Shown here one piece after another: positions 1 to 10,777 of a stretch of DNA of 64,000 nucleotides. The stretch is from an uncultured Solirubrobacterales bacterium. GTDB taxonomy: Bacteria > Actinomycetota > Thermoleophilia > Solirubrobacterales > 70-9. The notes under the pieces are model-generated. The model searched no databases, had not been told where the DNA came from, and saw only the letters and a program-made list of their open reading frames with translations. Numbering within the stretch: position 1 is the first letter of the stretch; each line of letters begins with the position of its first letter. The stretch is taken from positions 177,514-241,513 of the forward strand of contig CAVXYR010000006.1 in assembly GCA_963766115.1 (NCBI GenBank), given 5' to 3'. Made by a program: the position numbers and the translations under genes.

Positions 1-890
1 CACCACGCCGATCATGATCTGGCCGTTTATCGCCTGGTAGCCCCCGTACAGGAGGATCGCAGAGGTGCCGAGCGCGGTGAGCAACTCGGTGGCCGGGAAG
101 TAGCTGGCGTTCAGGTAGACGGTCCGCATGTTCGCTTCACGGTTGGCCTGGTTGAGCTCCTCCATGCGGGCCATGTGGCGTTCCTCCTGGCCGAAGCTGC
201 GGACCACCCGGACCCCGCTGATCGTTTCCTGGAGGTGTGAAGTGATCGCCGAAATGCGCTCCCTGGTCTCGCGAAACGCGCCAGCCGAGAAGGCCCGGAA
301 GACCATTCCGGTGACGAACAGCAGCGGCAGCACCGCGAAGGTGATCAGGGCGAGACGCCAGTCGAGCAGCAGGAGGACGACCACCACCCCGACAAGGGTC
401 AGCAGGTTGGAGAAGAGGGTGACGATCCCCTGGCTGATCAGCTGGTTGAGCGCCTCTATGTCGTTGGTCATCCTCGAGATCAGGGCGCCCGGGCGATTCC
501 GGGTGAAGAAGCCGATCGACAGCTTCTGCAGGTGAATGAAGACCTGCTCGCGAAGGTCCTGGAGGATCCGGGTCCCGATCCATCCGACCAGATAGGACTG
601 GGCGTAGGAAGCGAGGGCGAAAGCAACGGTGACCACGGCGAACGCGATCACGATCCGGATCAGGGCGGTCTCGTCGTCGGCCAGGATGCCGGAATCGATC
701 GCCTTGCCGGCAAGGTAGGGCGGAGCGAGTGAAGTCAGGCTGGCCGCGACAACCGCGAAAAAGGTGGCGACGATCCGCAGCCGGTAGGGCCGGAGCAGGC
801 CGAGCACCCAGCGGACCTTGCGGGCCCGTCCGGGCTCTCCCCGGAACCTCCGCTCGCCCCGTGTGCCGCGCTCTGTCCGGTTCCTCAACT

Positions 891-894
<4 letters not shown>
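1..894 (-). CDS. ABC transporter, fused permease/ATPase (ABCB/MsbA-like), N-terminal membrane part; 3' end lies outside the window
   Basis: Absent from the ORF track because it is open at the window edge. My translation from the ATG at 894-892 gives MKLRNRTERG...VLGLLRPYRLRIVATFFAVVAASL...LISRMTNDIEALNQLISQG...SGVRVVRSFGQEERH, a typical ABC exporter TMD. The ATG overlaps the TGA of the upstream partner (ATGA at 891-894). Confidence 0.8.
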
Positions 895-2651
<1,757 letters not shown>

Positions 2652-2726
2652 CCCACTCACTATACAAAATGAAGTATTGGCCCGGCGGTCCCTGACCGGG
2701 GTTCGCTGTCCGCAGGCGGGCAGAGG

Positions 2727-3590
2727 ATGAACCCGTTGCTGACCGGGATCCTGGTCTGTCCTCACTGCGGCGGCGACCTCCGCGAAAACGGGGGTGCGCT
2801 GATCTGCAGCGCCGGACATACCGCGAACGTCGCCCGACAGGGTTACGTCAGCCTGCTCGGCCGCCACTCGGGCACCCACACCGCCGACTCGGCCGTGATG
2901 ATCGCCGCCCGGGAGCGCTTTCTCGCCCGGGGACATTTCCAGCCGATCGTCGACGCCGTGGTCGCCGAGGTCGGAGGTGCAGTGGATCGTGAAGTGTCTC
3001 CGCCCGGAGCTCCTGACCGGGAGCGTGTGCTGATCGATCTCGGCGCGGGAACCGGCTACTACCTGGCCGCGGCGCTCGCCTCCGACGAACATGCTCTGGG
3101 ACTGGGCATCGACAACTCGAAGTACGCCGCCCGCCGCGCGGCCAGATGCCATCCCCGGGCCGGTGCGGTGGTCGCCGACATCTGGGACGATCTGCCGGTC
3201 CGTACCGGCGCGGCGACGGTCGTGCTCAACGTCTTCGCCCCGCGCAACGGCGAGGAGATCCGCCGGATCCTCGCTCCGGGTGGAACCCTGATCGTGGTCA
3301 CCCCGGTCGAGGGGCACCTGAACGAGCTGAGCGGTCCGTTCGAGATGATCTCGATCGATCCTGAAAAAGAATCGCGGCTCGAGGAAACGCTCGGCCACCT
3401 GACCGGCCGGAGGGAGAGCCGTCTCATCGAGTGGAGCATGGATCTCGACCGCGGGTCGGTGACCGACCTGGTCGGGATGGGTCCGAATGCCGGCCGGCTC
3501 GAGCCGGCCGGCTTCCAGGCGGCCCTCGAACGGCTGCCTGACCCGGCCCCGGTCTCCGGCGCGGTCCGGATAACCTCCGCGGTCGGCTGA
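2727..3590 (+). CDS. SAM-dependent methyltransferase with N-terminal Cys4-type zinc ribbon (RlmA/RrmA-like rRNA methyltransferase family)
   Basis: 287 aa. Has CPHCGG...CSAGH zinc ribbon, the SAM motif LIDLGAGTGYY, and LAPGGTLIVVTP. Architecture matches 23S rRNA G745/G748 methyltransferase-like proteins. Confidence 0.7.
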   Translation: MNPLLTGILVCPHCGGDLRENGGALICSAGHTANVARQGYVSLLGRHSGTHTADSAVMIAARERFLARGHFQPIVDAVVAEVGGAVDREVSPPGAPDRERVLIDLGAGTGYYLAAALASDEHALGLGIDNSKYAARRAARCHPRAGAVVADIWDDLPVRTGAATVVLNVFAPRNGEEIRRILAPGGTLIVVTPVEGHLNELSGPFEMISIDPEKESRLEETLGHLTGRRESRLIEWSMDLDRGSVTDLVGMGPNAGRLEPAGFQAALERLPDPAPVSGAVRITSAVG

Positions 3591-3635
3591 CCCGCCGCCG
3601 GCGGGCACGGCGGGCAAACGGGAAGGAGGAACGGC

Positions 3636-5540
3636 GTGACTGATCGCAAAGACGCATCCGAGTTCACCAAGGCGGCCAACCGGGCTGTCCTGGAGCAGCT
3701 TCCGTTCGAGGACCTCCAGGACTTCGAGGACGCCTCCCGTGGCTTCGTCGCTCCACTGCCGGAAGGTCACGTGGTCAAGGAGGACGGTGACTTCGTCTAC
3801 GACACCGCCCGGCTGGCGTTCACCGAGGGTCACGAGGAATCGCCGGATTCCGTGAACCCGAGCCTCTGGCGGCAGGCCCGCCTGGTCGCCAAAGGCGGGC
3901 TGTTCGAGGTCTGCGACCGGATCTACCAGGTTCGTAACCTCGATATCTCGAACCTGACCGTGATCGAGGGTGATACCGGGGTGATCGTGGTCGATCCCCT
4001 GATCTCGGCCGAAACCGCCCGGGCCGCGCTCGACCTCTACTTCGAGCACCGTCCGGAGAAGCCGGTCGTGGCGGTGATCCACTCGCACAGCCACGTTGAC
4101 CACTACGGCGGCGTCCGCGGCGTCGTCGACGAGCAGGACGTGCGCGACGGCAGGGTGAAGATCATCGCCCCGGAGGGCTTCCTCGAGGCCGCCGTCTCGG
4201 AGAACGTGATGGCCGGCAACGCGATGTCGCGGCGGGCGATGTTCCAGTTCGGGCCGCTGCTCGCCCCGGACGAGAAAGGCACGGTCGGGGTCGGGCTCGG
4301 GTCGGGCATCTCGCTGGGCACGATCACTCTGATCCCACCGACCGACCACGTCACCGAGGACGGGCAGCGCATGGTGATCGACGGGCTGACCTTCGAATTC
4401 ATGCCGACCCCCGACACAGAAGCGCCGGCCGAGATGCACTGGTTCATCAAGGAGCTGAACGCGGTGACCGCGGCCGAGAACTGCGTGCACACGCTGCACA
4501 ACACGTACCCGATCAGGGGGGCGCAGGTCCGCGACCCGCAGGCCTGGTCGCACTACCTGAACGAGACGATAGAGCGCTGGGGCAGCCGGGCCGAAGTCAT
4601 GTACGGGATGCACCACTGGCCGGTCTGGGGCAGCGAGCGGGTGGTCGAGATGCTGAGCAAGGGCCGCGACGCCTACCGCTACATAAATGACCAGACCCTG
4701 CGCCTGGCCAACCATGGCCTGACACCGGACGAGATCGCCGAGGTGCTCGAGCTGCCCGACTCGATCGCGGGACACTGGGCGACCCGTGGCTATTACGGCA
4801 CGGTCAGCCACAACGTCAAGGCCACCTACACCCGCTACCTGGGCTGGTATGACGGCAACCCGGCCAACCTCCACCGCCTGCCGCCGGTAGAGGCGGCCGA
4901 ACGCTACGTCGAGTTCATGGGTGGCGCCAGCCAGATCCTGTCGCGGGCCAGGGAGTACTTCGAAAAGGGCGAGTACCGCTGGGTGGCCGAAGTGGTGAAC
5001 CTGGTCGTATTCAGCGACCCGACCAACCAGGAGGCTCGCGATCTCGAAGCCGACGCGATGGAGCAACTGGCCTACCAGACCGAGTCGGCAACCTGGCGGA
5101 ACGCTTACCTGACCGCCGCCCAGGAGCTTCGTCTGGGTACTCCGTCACTGCCGATCTCCGCCGATTCGGCAAGCCCCGATTCGATCGCCGCGCTCACCCT
5201 GGAAATGGTCTTCAACTACCTCGGCATGAGGCTGAACGGTCCCGACGCCGGGGCCAGGGAGATCACCCTCAACCTGACCTTCCCCGACACCAACCAGAAC
5301 GCCTGGCTGAAGCTCTCCAACGGGGCGCTCAGCCATTCGGTCGAGCGGTCGGTGCCGTCGCCCGACGCCACCGTAACGCTCGACCGGAGCACCCTGAACT
5401 CGATCGTCACCGGCAAGCTGGAGCTCGAGCAGGCGATCTCGTCCGGCGAGGTCAGGGCCGAGCCCGACCCCGCCCCGCTGATCGAGTTGATCGGGCTGCT
5501 CGATGAGTTCGACCTCTGGTTCCCGGTCATCGAGCCCTGA
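3636..5540 (+). CDS. Alkyl/aryl-sulfatase, metallo-beta-lactamase fold with C-terminal SCP2-like domain (SdsA1/BDS1 type)
   Basis: 634 aa, GTG start. MBL motif HSHSHVDHYGG, the dimerisation region typical of alkyl sulfatases, and a C-terminal sterol-carrier-like tail. Confidence 0.8.
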   Translation: MTDRKDASEFTKAANRAVLEQLPFEDLQDFEDASRGFVAPLPEGHVVKEDGDFVYDTARLAFTEGHEESPDSVNPSLWRQARLVAKGGLFEVCDRIYQVRNLDISNLTVIEGDTGVIVVDPLISAETARAALDLYFEHRPEKPVVAVIHSHSHVDHYGGVRGVVDEQDVRDGRVKIIAPEGFLEAAVSENVMAGNAMSRRAMFQFGPLLAPDEKGTVGVGLGSGISLGTITLIPPTDHVTEDGQRMVIDGLTFEFMPTPDTEAPAEMHWFIKELNAVTAAENCVHTLHNTYPIRGAQVRDPQAWSHYLNETIERWGSRAEVMYGMHHWPVWGSERVVEMLSKGRDAYRYINDQTLRLANHGLTPDEIAEVLELPDSIAGHWATRGYYGTVSHNVKATYTRYLGWYDGNPANLHRLPPVEAAERYVEFMGGASQILSRAREYFEKGEYRWVAEVVNLVVFSDPTNQEARDLEADAMEQLAYQTESATWRNAYLTAAQELRLGTPSLPISADSASPDSIAALTLEMVFNYLGMRLNGPDAGAREITLNLTFPDTNQNAWLKLSNGALSHSVERSVPSPDATVTLDRSTLNSIVTGKLELEQAISSGEVRAEPDPAPLIELIGLLDEFDLWFPVIEP

Positions 5541-5612
5541 GCGGGCCGGAAAACCAGGCCCGCTCCGACCGGCTGAACACCGACCCGGTAGAGGTTGGGT
5601 TATGGTGGAAAC

Positions 5613-6473
5613 ATGGAAGATGGGCCTGAAAAAAGCCCGGGAAGCGTCGCAGGGACCGGTGCCGCCCACCGCGTCCTCCTGGTCGCCGACGAGCGGTTCA
5701 GGGGAGCCGAGTTCGCTGACGAACTGAGGGGCCACCTCGAGGAGCGTCCGACCGAGGTCGAGGTCTTCGTGATCACACCGGCGCTGGCTCACTCCGGCCT
5801 GGAACACGAAATGGCCGGCATCGACGGCCCGATAGAGGAAGCGAAGGAGCGGCTCGCTTCGATCATCTCCGAGCTCGATTCGGTCGGCATCGCCGCCACC
5901 GGAGAAGTCGGTGACAGCGATCCGATAGTCGCGGTCGGCGACGGGGTCAGGGAATTCGGGGCGGACGAGATCGTTGTCGTCGGGCACGCCGAGGGAGAGC
6001 GTGAATACGCCGAGAAGGACCTCTGGAGCAAGCTCAAGGCCGAGGTGCACGAACCGATGGTCGCCCTGATGGTCGGCCACGGCGACGGCGATACCACGCC
6101 CGGAGTGGTCGAGATCGACCGCGAGCCGGCAAAGGAGTTCACCGAAGACGAGGTGATCCAACGGACCAGGAACGTTCCGCCGGTCCGAACCCGGGACGCG
6201 GTCGCGATCTTGTTCGGCTTCGTCGGCACCTTCGCGATCGCGTTGATGGCGGTCGATTCCGGGATCTCCGACAACGGGGACATTTCGGGTGGATCGGCGG
6301 CGATCCTTCTGCTGGCGATGGGGGCGTTCATCATCAATGTCGCCCACACCGTCGGCGTGCTCGTCTTCGAGAGCGTCCACTACGAGGGCATCTGGGAAAA
6401 GTTCATCGCCTGGTCGGCGATCATCTTCACCGCATTCGCCCTGGTCGCCTCGGTCGTCTTCTGGCAGGCCTGA
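5613..6473 (+). CDS. Hypothetical protein: N-terminal USP-like/alpha-beta domain plus C-terminal 3-4 TM segment
   Basis: Track ORF 5595-6473; I prefer the ATG at 5613. HRVLLVADE...VFVITPAL...GADEIVVVGH resembles universal-stress/adenine-nucleotide-hydrolase-like folds. Hydrophobic C-terminus (AILFGFVGTFAIALMAV..., LLLAMGAFIINVAH...). Confidence 0.5.
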   Translation: MEDGPEKSPGSVAGTGAAHRVLLVADERFRGAEFADELRGHLEERPTEVEVFVITPALAHSGLEHEMAGIDGPIEEAKERLASIISELDSVGIAATGEVGDSDPIVAVGDGVREFGADEIVVVGHAEGEREYAEKDLWSKLKAEVHEPMVALMVGHGDGDTTPGVVEIDREPAKEFTEDEVIQRTRNVPPVRTRDAVAILFGFVGTFAIALMAVDSGISDNGDISGGSAAILLLAMGAFIINVAHTVGVLVFESVHYEGIWEKFIAWSAIIFTAFALVASVVFWQA

Positions 6474-6552
6474 CCGGGCGCCTCGCAGGCCTGACCGGGC
6501 GCCGGCTGTTGCAGGTTTTTGCCCGATCCGGGGCCGGGGCGGGCCGGGCTTG

Positions 6553-6558
6553 TAGAAT
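6553..6558 (+). promoter_or_regulatory. Possible -10 element (TAGAAT) upstream of wecB
   Basis: TAGAAT lies about 90 nt upstream of the wecB ATG in an otherwise GC-rich spacer. No clear -35. Confidence 0.25.
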
Positions 6559-6646
6559 CGGTCTCCGCATCGATCGCTGTCCGGGAGCAGAGACGGCGAT
6601 TCATTGAATAGGGAGCAGCACGATTTGACGGGAGAACGAAGGGTCA

Positions 6647-8026
6647 ATGGCTGAACAACGCGCGAGCGTGCTCGTGGTGGTCGGCACGCGTCCGGAGGCG
6701 ATCAAACTCGTACCAATGATCCTCGCACTCGAGGAGAGCGAGGTTCTGCGACCTCTGGTCGTATCGACCGGTCAGCACCACCGCATGGTCAACGAGGTAT
6801 TCGCCCTGGCCGGAATAGAGCCCGATTTCGAGCTGTGGGTCGGCGGGGCCCGCAACCAGCTCAACGACCGCGTCCGCGAGGTTATGGGCCGGCTGGATGA
6901 CTTCTGCAGGGAGCAGTTCGGGGCCGACGGCACCCAGGCCGACCGCGAGCGCATAGCCACCGGCGACTACCCGATGGCTGTGCTCGTACACGGAGACACC
7001 ACCTCCGCCATGTCGGCGGCCCTGGCTTCGTTTCACCTGCGGATTCCGGTGGTCCACGTCGAGGCCGGGCTGCGGACCGGATCAACCCTCACGCCATTTC
7101 CCGAGGAGCTCAACCGGCAGTTGATTTCGTCGATCTCGTGCTTTCACCTGGCTCCGACCTCACACAATCTCCAGAACCTGATCCGCGAAAACGTGCCGGT
7201 CGAGCAGATATTCATCACCGGCAACACCGGAATCGACGCCCTTCACTGGGCGGCCGGGCTCGAAGTCGAAATCGCCGATCCCGAAGTGAAGGAGCTCTAC
7301 CACTCCGACCGCCGTCTGGTGATCGTCACGGCCCACCGGCGCGAGAACTGGGGGGCCGGACTGGACGGGATCGCCACCGGGGTCAGGGCCCTGGCGATCG
7401 AGCATCCCGAGGTGTCTTTCATCGTCCCGATGCATCCCAATCCCGAGGTCAGGGCCCAGTGGGAGGTATTGGCCGATGTACCGAACGTCTGCCTGACCGA
7501 GCCGGCGCCCTATGCGGAGTTCGCGAAACTGCTGACCCGTTCGTTTCTGGTGATCACCGATTCCGGAGGGATCCAGGAAGAGGCTCCCTCACTGAACAAG
7601 CCGGTCCTGGTCGCCCGCGAATCGACCGAACGGGAAGAGGGAGTCGAAGCCGGGACCCTCCGGCTGGTGGGTACCGACCCGGACCTGATTTTCCGGGAGA
7701 CCTCCAGGCTGATCGAAGATGAGGAGGCCTACCGGGTGATGGCCGAGGCAGAGAACCCTTACGGGGACGGCATGGCGGCCGAGCGCATCGTCGCTTCGCT
7801 CTGCCATCTCTACCTGGGCGGCCCCAATCCGGCGCAGTTCCGGTCAAACTACTCCCGCCGGGCCGTGGTCAAGGCGGCCGGATACGAGATATCGGACATT
7901 CTCGGCGGCGGGCTCGACCCGCGCATGGTGGCTGCTTCGGAGCGGGGCGAGAGGGGAGACGAAGAGCCGGTCGACGAGATCTGGCCGGATGCCGGCGCCG
8001 TGGCCGAGCCGGAGGCGGGCGCCTGA
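6647..8026 (+). CDS. wecB: UDP-N-acetylglucosamine 2-epimerase (non-hydrolysing) with an approx 80-aa acidic C-terminal extension
   Basis: 459 aa. Has VVVGTRPEAIKLVPM, HGDTTSA, VVHVEAGLRTG, FPEELNR, ITDSGGIQEEAP. The tail after approx residue 375 is not typical of the family. Confidence 0.9.
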   Translation: MAEQRASVLVVVGTRPEAIKLVPMILALEESEVLRPLVVSTGQHHRMVNEVFALAGIEPDFELWVGGARNQLNDRVREVMGRLDDFCREQFGADGTQADRERIATGDYPMAVLVHGDTTSAMSAALASFHLRIPVVHVEAGLRTGSTLTPFPEELNRQLISSISCFHLAPTSHNLQNLIRENVPVEQIFITGNTGIDALHWAAGLEVEIADPEVKELYHSDRRLVIVTAHRRENWGAGLDGIATGVRALAIEHPEVSFIVPMHPNPEVRAQWEVLADVPNVCLTEPAPYAEFAKLLTRSFLVITDSGGIQEEAPSLNKPVLVARESTEREEGVEAGTLRLVGTDPDLIFRETSRLIEDEEAYRVMAEAENPYGDGMAAERIVASLCHLYLGGPNPAQFRSNYSRRAVVKAAGYEISDILGGGLDPRMVAASERGERGDEEPVDEIWPDAGAVAEPEAGA

Positions 8027-8057
8027 CTCCGCCGGTAACCGAGTTCCGGTCCGGGAG

Positions 8058-9428
8058 ATGAACGGGCCGTCGGCCACCTGGTGGCTTCCGTTCCACAGTC
8101 TGCCGCTGTTTCCAGAGATCCTCTTCTCGGTCGCTTTTCTGATCATCCTGGCAATGCTGATCTGGACCGGGATCCTGTTTGTTCGGGGGCTGCGGGCCGA
8201 CCACGAGGCGGCTGAGACCGGGAGCGATGAGCAGTTCGAGTGGGTGTTCTTGGTCCCGGCCCTGAACGAAGAAGTGACGATCGCCGACAGCATCGAGCGT
8301 CTCAGCCAGATTGATGTCGAGCGAAAACGGATCGTGGTCATAAACGACGGCTCTGAGGACCGCACCGGTGAGATCCTCGCATCCCTCGAAGACCCCGACC
8401 TGACCGTGATCGAGCGCCGCCCGCCGAACGCCCGCCAGGGTAAGGCGGCGGCCCTCAATCACGCCTACGCCGAAATCAACCGCAACCTTCCCCTCGACCC
8501 CGACTCGACCATCATCTGCATCGTCGACGCAGACGGACGGATCACCCCCGACAGCCCGGGTTTCGTCGCCCATCACTTCCTCGACCCGCAGGTCGGCGGA
8601 GTCCAGTCACTGGTCCGGATCTACAACCGTCACCGCGGTCTGACCTGGTTCCAGGACCTCGAGTTCTCGATCTACGGCCACCTCTTCCAGGCCGGGCGCA
8701 ACCGCTGGGGGACGGCCGGCATGGGCGGCAACGGCCAGTACAACCGGCTCTCGGCACTGGCATCGATCGACACGTCGAAGGAGGAGACCGACAGCTCCGG
8801 AAGGGAAGCTGATTCGGGCGGCCAGCCGCCGCCCGGCGGCGAAGAACTGAAAGTCCGGAGCCTCGGTCCCTGGCGCGATCGCCTGACCGAGGACCAGGAC
8901 CTCGGGCTCCGTCTGATCCTGGCCGGATGGCGATCGCACCAGGAAAACCGGGCGCAGGTCGACCAGCAGGGCCTGCCCGGCCTCAGGCCGCTCTTCCGCC
9001 AGCGCACACGCTGGTCCCAGGGCAACCTCCAGGCGATGGGCCTGGTCGGGCCGATCTCCCGGTCCGATCTCCACCTGCCGGCCCGGTTCGAACTGGTGGT
9101 CTACCTGCTGATGCCGATCCTCCAGGGGATCGTCGGACTTTCCCTGCTGGTCGCCGTAGTGCTCGCCCTGGGCGGGACGAGCATTGTTTCCGGCAGCTTC
9201 TGGTGGCTGCTGTTCATCTACGTGCTCGGATTCGGCGGCACGGTCATGGGCTGCCTGTCGGCCCGGTTCAGCACCGAGCCCGATCTGGCCGGGCTCGGCA
9301 AGGGGCTGCTTTCGGCCCAGGTCTACGCGTTTTACTCCTGGCTGCTCTGGCCGGTGCTGCTCCGCTCGACCGCGCGGCAGACGATCGGCCGGGACGGTTG
9401 GGTGAAGACCGCCCGCGAAAAGATCTGA
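8058..9428 (+). CDS. Membrane-embedded family-2 glycosyltransferase (processive synthase-like, PgaC/IcaA/cellulose-synthase-like topology)
   Basis: The track ORF starts at 7989, overlapping wecB. I prefer the ATG at 8058, preceded by GGGAG. Has an N-terminal TM, VPALNEE, INDGSEDRT, VDADG (DxD), TEDQDLGLRL, QRTRWSQG (QxxRW-like), and 3-4 C-terminal TMs. Confidence 0.8.
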   Translation: MNGPSATWWLPFHSLPLFPEILFSVAFLIILAMLIWTGILFVRGLRADHEAAETGSDEQFEWVFLVPALNEEVTIADSIERLSQIDVERKRIVVINDGSEDRTGEILASLEDPDLTVIERRPPNARQGKAAALNHAYAEINRNLPLDPDSTIICIVDADGRITPDSPGFVAHHFLDPQVGGVQSLVRIYNRHRGLTWFQDLEFSIYGHLFQAGRNRWGTAGMGGNGQYNRLSALASIDTSKEETDSSGREADSGGQPPPGGEELKVRSLGPWRDRLTEDQDLGLRLILAGWRSHQENRAQVDQQGLPGLRPLFRQRTRWSQGNLQAMGLVGPISRSDLHLPARFELVVYLLMPILQGIVGLSLLVAVVLALGGTSIVSGSFWWLLFIYVLGFGGTVMGCLSARFSTEPDLAGLGKGLLSAQVYAFYSWLLWPVLLRSTARQTIGRDGWVKTAREKI

Positions 9429-9439
9429 CCGCCCGTCGG

Positions 9440-9799
9440 TCAGGCCTGCGGGGCGTAGCGGTGGTGCAGCATCAGATCGTTGCCGTCGGGGTCGGTAAAA
9501 AGGGCCATGTGGCAGACCCCGGTGTCGAAGATCTCCCCCTGGAACTCGACGCCTTTGCCCTCGAGCTCGGACCGGGCGGCCGCGACGTCATCGACGTGCA
9601 GGGCGATGTGGGCCAGCTTCTGGGGCTGGAACTCGAAACCCATGTTGCCCGGCTCCCAGATCGCGAAACAGGTCTCGCCGACCCAGAATTCGCTTTCGGC
9701 CTTCGGATCAGGCTTCAGGCCGAGGGTTTCGACGTAGAACTTGCGCGAGCGACCGGCGTCGGTTGACGGTATGCCGATGAAATCCAATTTCTCTGTCAT
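9440..9799 (-). CDS. VOC/glyoxalase-bleomycin-resistance family protein
   Basis: 119 aa. Has SRKFYVETLGL...HIALHVDD...FTDPDGNDLML, typical of the vicinal oxygen chelate fold. Confidence 0.8.
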   Translation of the reverse strand: MTEKLDFIGIPSTDAGRSRKFYVETLGLKPDPKAESEFWVGETCFAIWEPGNMGFEFQPQKLAHIALHVDDVAAARSELEGKGVEFQGEIFDTGVCHMALFTDPDGNDLMLHHRYAPQA

Positions 9800-9847
9800 G
9801 TCCCGAGCCTAATCGGTAATCGAGCATCGTCCCACTACTCTTGTCCC

Positions 9848-10525
9848 ATGGCTGACTCATTCGGTCAGATCCTTCCTTTCGCGATCGGCGTGGCGATAAG
9901 CCCGGTGCCGATAGTCGGCGTGATCCTGATGCTTGCGACGCCACGTGCCCGCAGCAACGGGCCGGGGTTTCTGCTCGGCTGGGTCGTCGGCCTTGCCGTA
10001 CTCGGCACGGTGGTGCTGCTGGTTTCGAGTGGGGCCGGAGCCGACGCCGGTGATCAGCCGGCCGAGTGGACCTATGTGCTCAAACTGGTCTTGGGCCTGC
10101 TGCTCCTGGCGGTGGCGTTTCGTCAGTGGCGGGGGCGAATGGGGGAAGGAGAGGGGGCCGACATGCCCAAGTGGATGCAGACGGTCGACCGGTTCACCAC
10201 CGGCCGCTCGGTCGCGCTCGGGGTGGCACTGTCGGCGATCAATCCAAAGAACTTCGTGCTTACCGTCGGGGCCGCCGCGGTGATCGCCCAGACCGGCTAT
10301 TCGGCAACGTCCCAGGCGGTCGCCCTGGCGGCGTTCGTGGTAATCGCCTCGCTCGGTGTTGGAATTCCGGTCGCGATCTACTTCTTCGCCGGAGACCGCT
10401 CCGAACGGATCCTCGCCGGGCTCAAGTCCTGGATGAGCCTCCACAACGCGGCGATCATGGCCGTGCTCTGCCTGGTCATCGGCGCCAAGCTGATCGGCGA
10501 CGCGATAAGCGGCTTCGCCGTCTGA
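9848..10525 (+). CDS. GAP-family (DUF2910-like) integral membrane protein
   Basis: 225 aa with about 6 TMs. The start ILPFAIGVAISPVPIVGVILML resembles LysE/GAP-type membrane proteins. Confidence 0.55.
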   Translation: MADSFGQILPFAIGVAISPVPIVGVILMLATPRARSNGPGFLLGWVVGLAVLGTVVLLVSSGAGADAGDQPAEWTYVLKLVLGLLLLAVAFRQWRGRMGEGEGADMPKWMQTVDRFTTGRSVALGVALSAINPKNFVLTVGAAAVIAQTGYSATSQAVALAAFVVIASLGVGIPVAIYFFAGDRSERILAGLKSWMSLHNAAIMAVLCLVIGAKLIGDAISGFAV

Positions 10526-10550
10526 CCGGAGCTCTGGTCCGCCGCCGCTC

Positions 10551-10721
10551 TCAGACTACGTAGTCGAGCCCCTCGTCCAGAGTTTTCTGGATCGAGTCCA
10601 GCCGGCGCTCGATCTCGGCAAGCCTGATCTCGACCCGACCGGGATCAGTCGCCTCCAGGCTCAAGTCGTCCAGCAGCGATTCAATTCGGGCCAGTCGCTC
10701 GATGATCTCTTGTTCGCTCAT
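10551..10721 (-). CDS. Small hypothetical coiled-coil protein (56 aa)
   Basis: Internal ATG at 10721 gives MSEQEIIERLARIESLLDDLS...IERRLDSIQKTLDEGLDYVV, a heptad-like, acidic sequence. The longer track ORF N-terminus looks like non-coding read-through. Confidence 0.35.
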   Translation of the reverse strand: MSEQEIIERLARIESLLDDLSLEATDPGRVEIRLAEIERRLDSIQKTLDEGLDYVV

Positions 10722-10777
10722 CTCCGCTCCGATCGGATGCGCCTCTCGTTCCGGCAGCCATTCTAGTATCGGCGAAG

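Noticed and set aside
5145-6647. Long antisense or alternative-frame ORFs, for example 5145-6647(-), 10991-12172(-), 15897-16919(-), 40244-41989(-), 52611-53780(-), 55553-56683(-) and 21311-22504(+)
   Set aside because: All overlap genes with clear family motifs on the other strand or frame. Their composition is strongly R/P/G/A-biased with no recognisable motifs, so they are GC-driven spurious ORFs.
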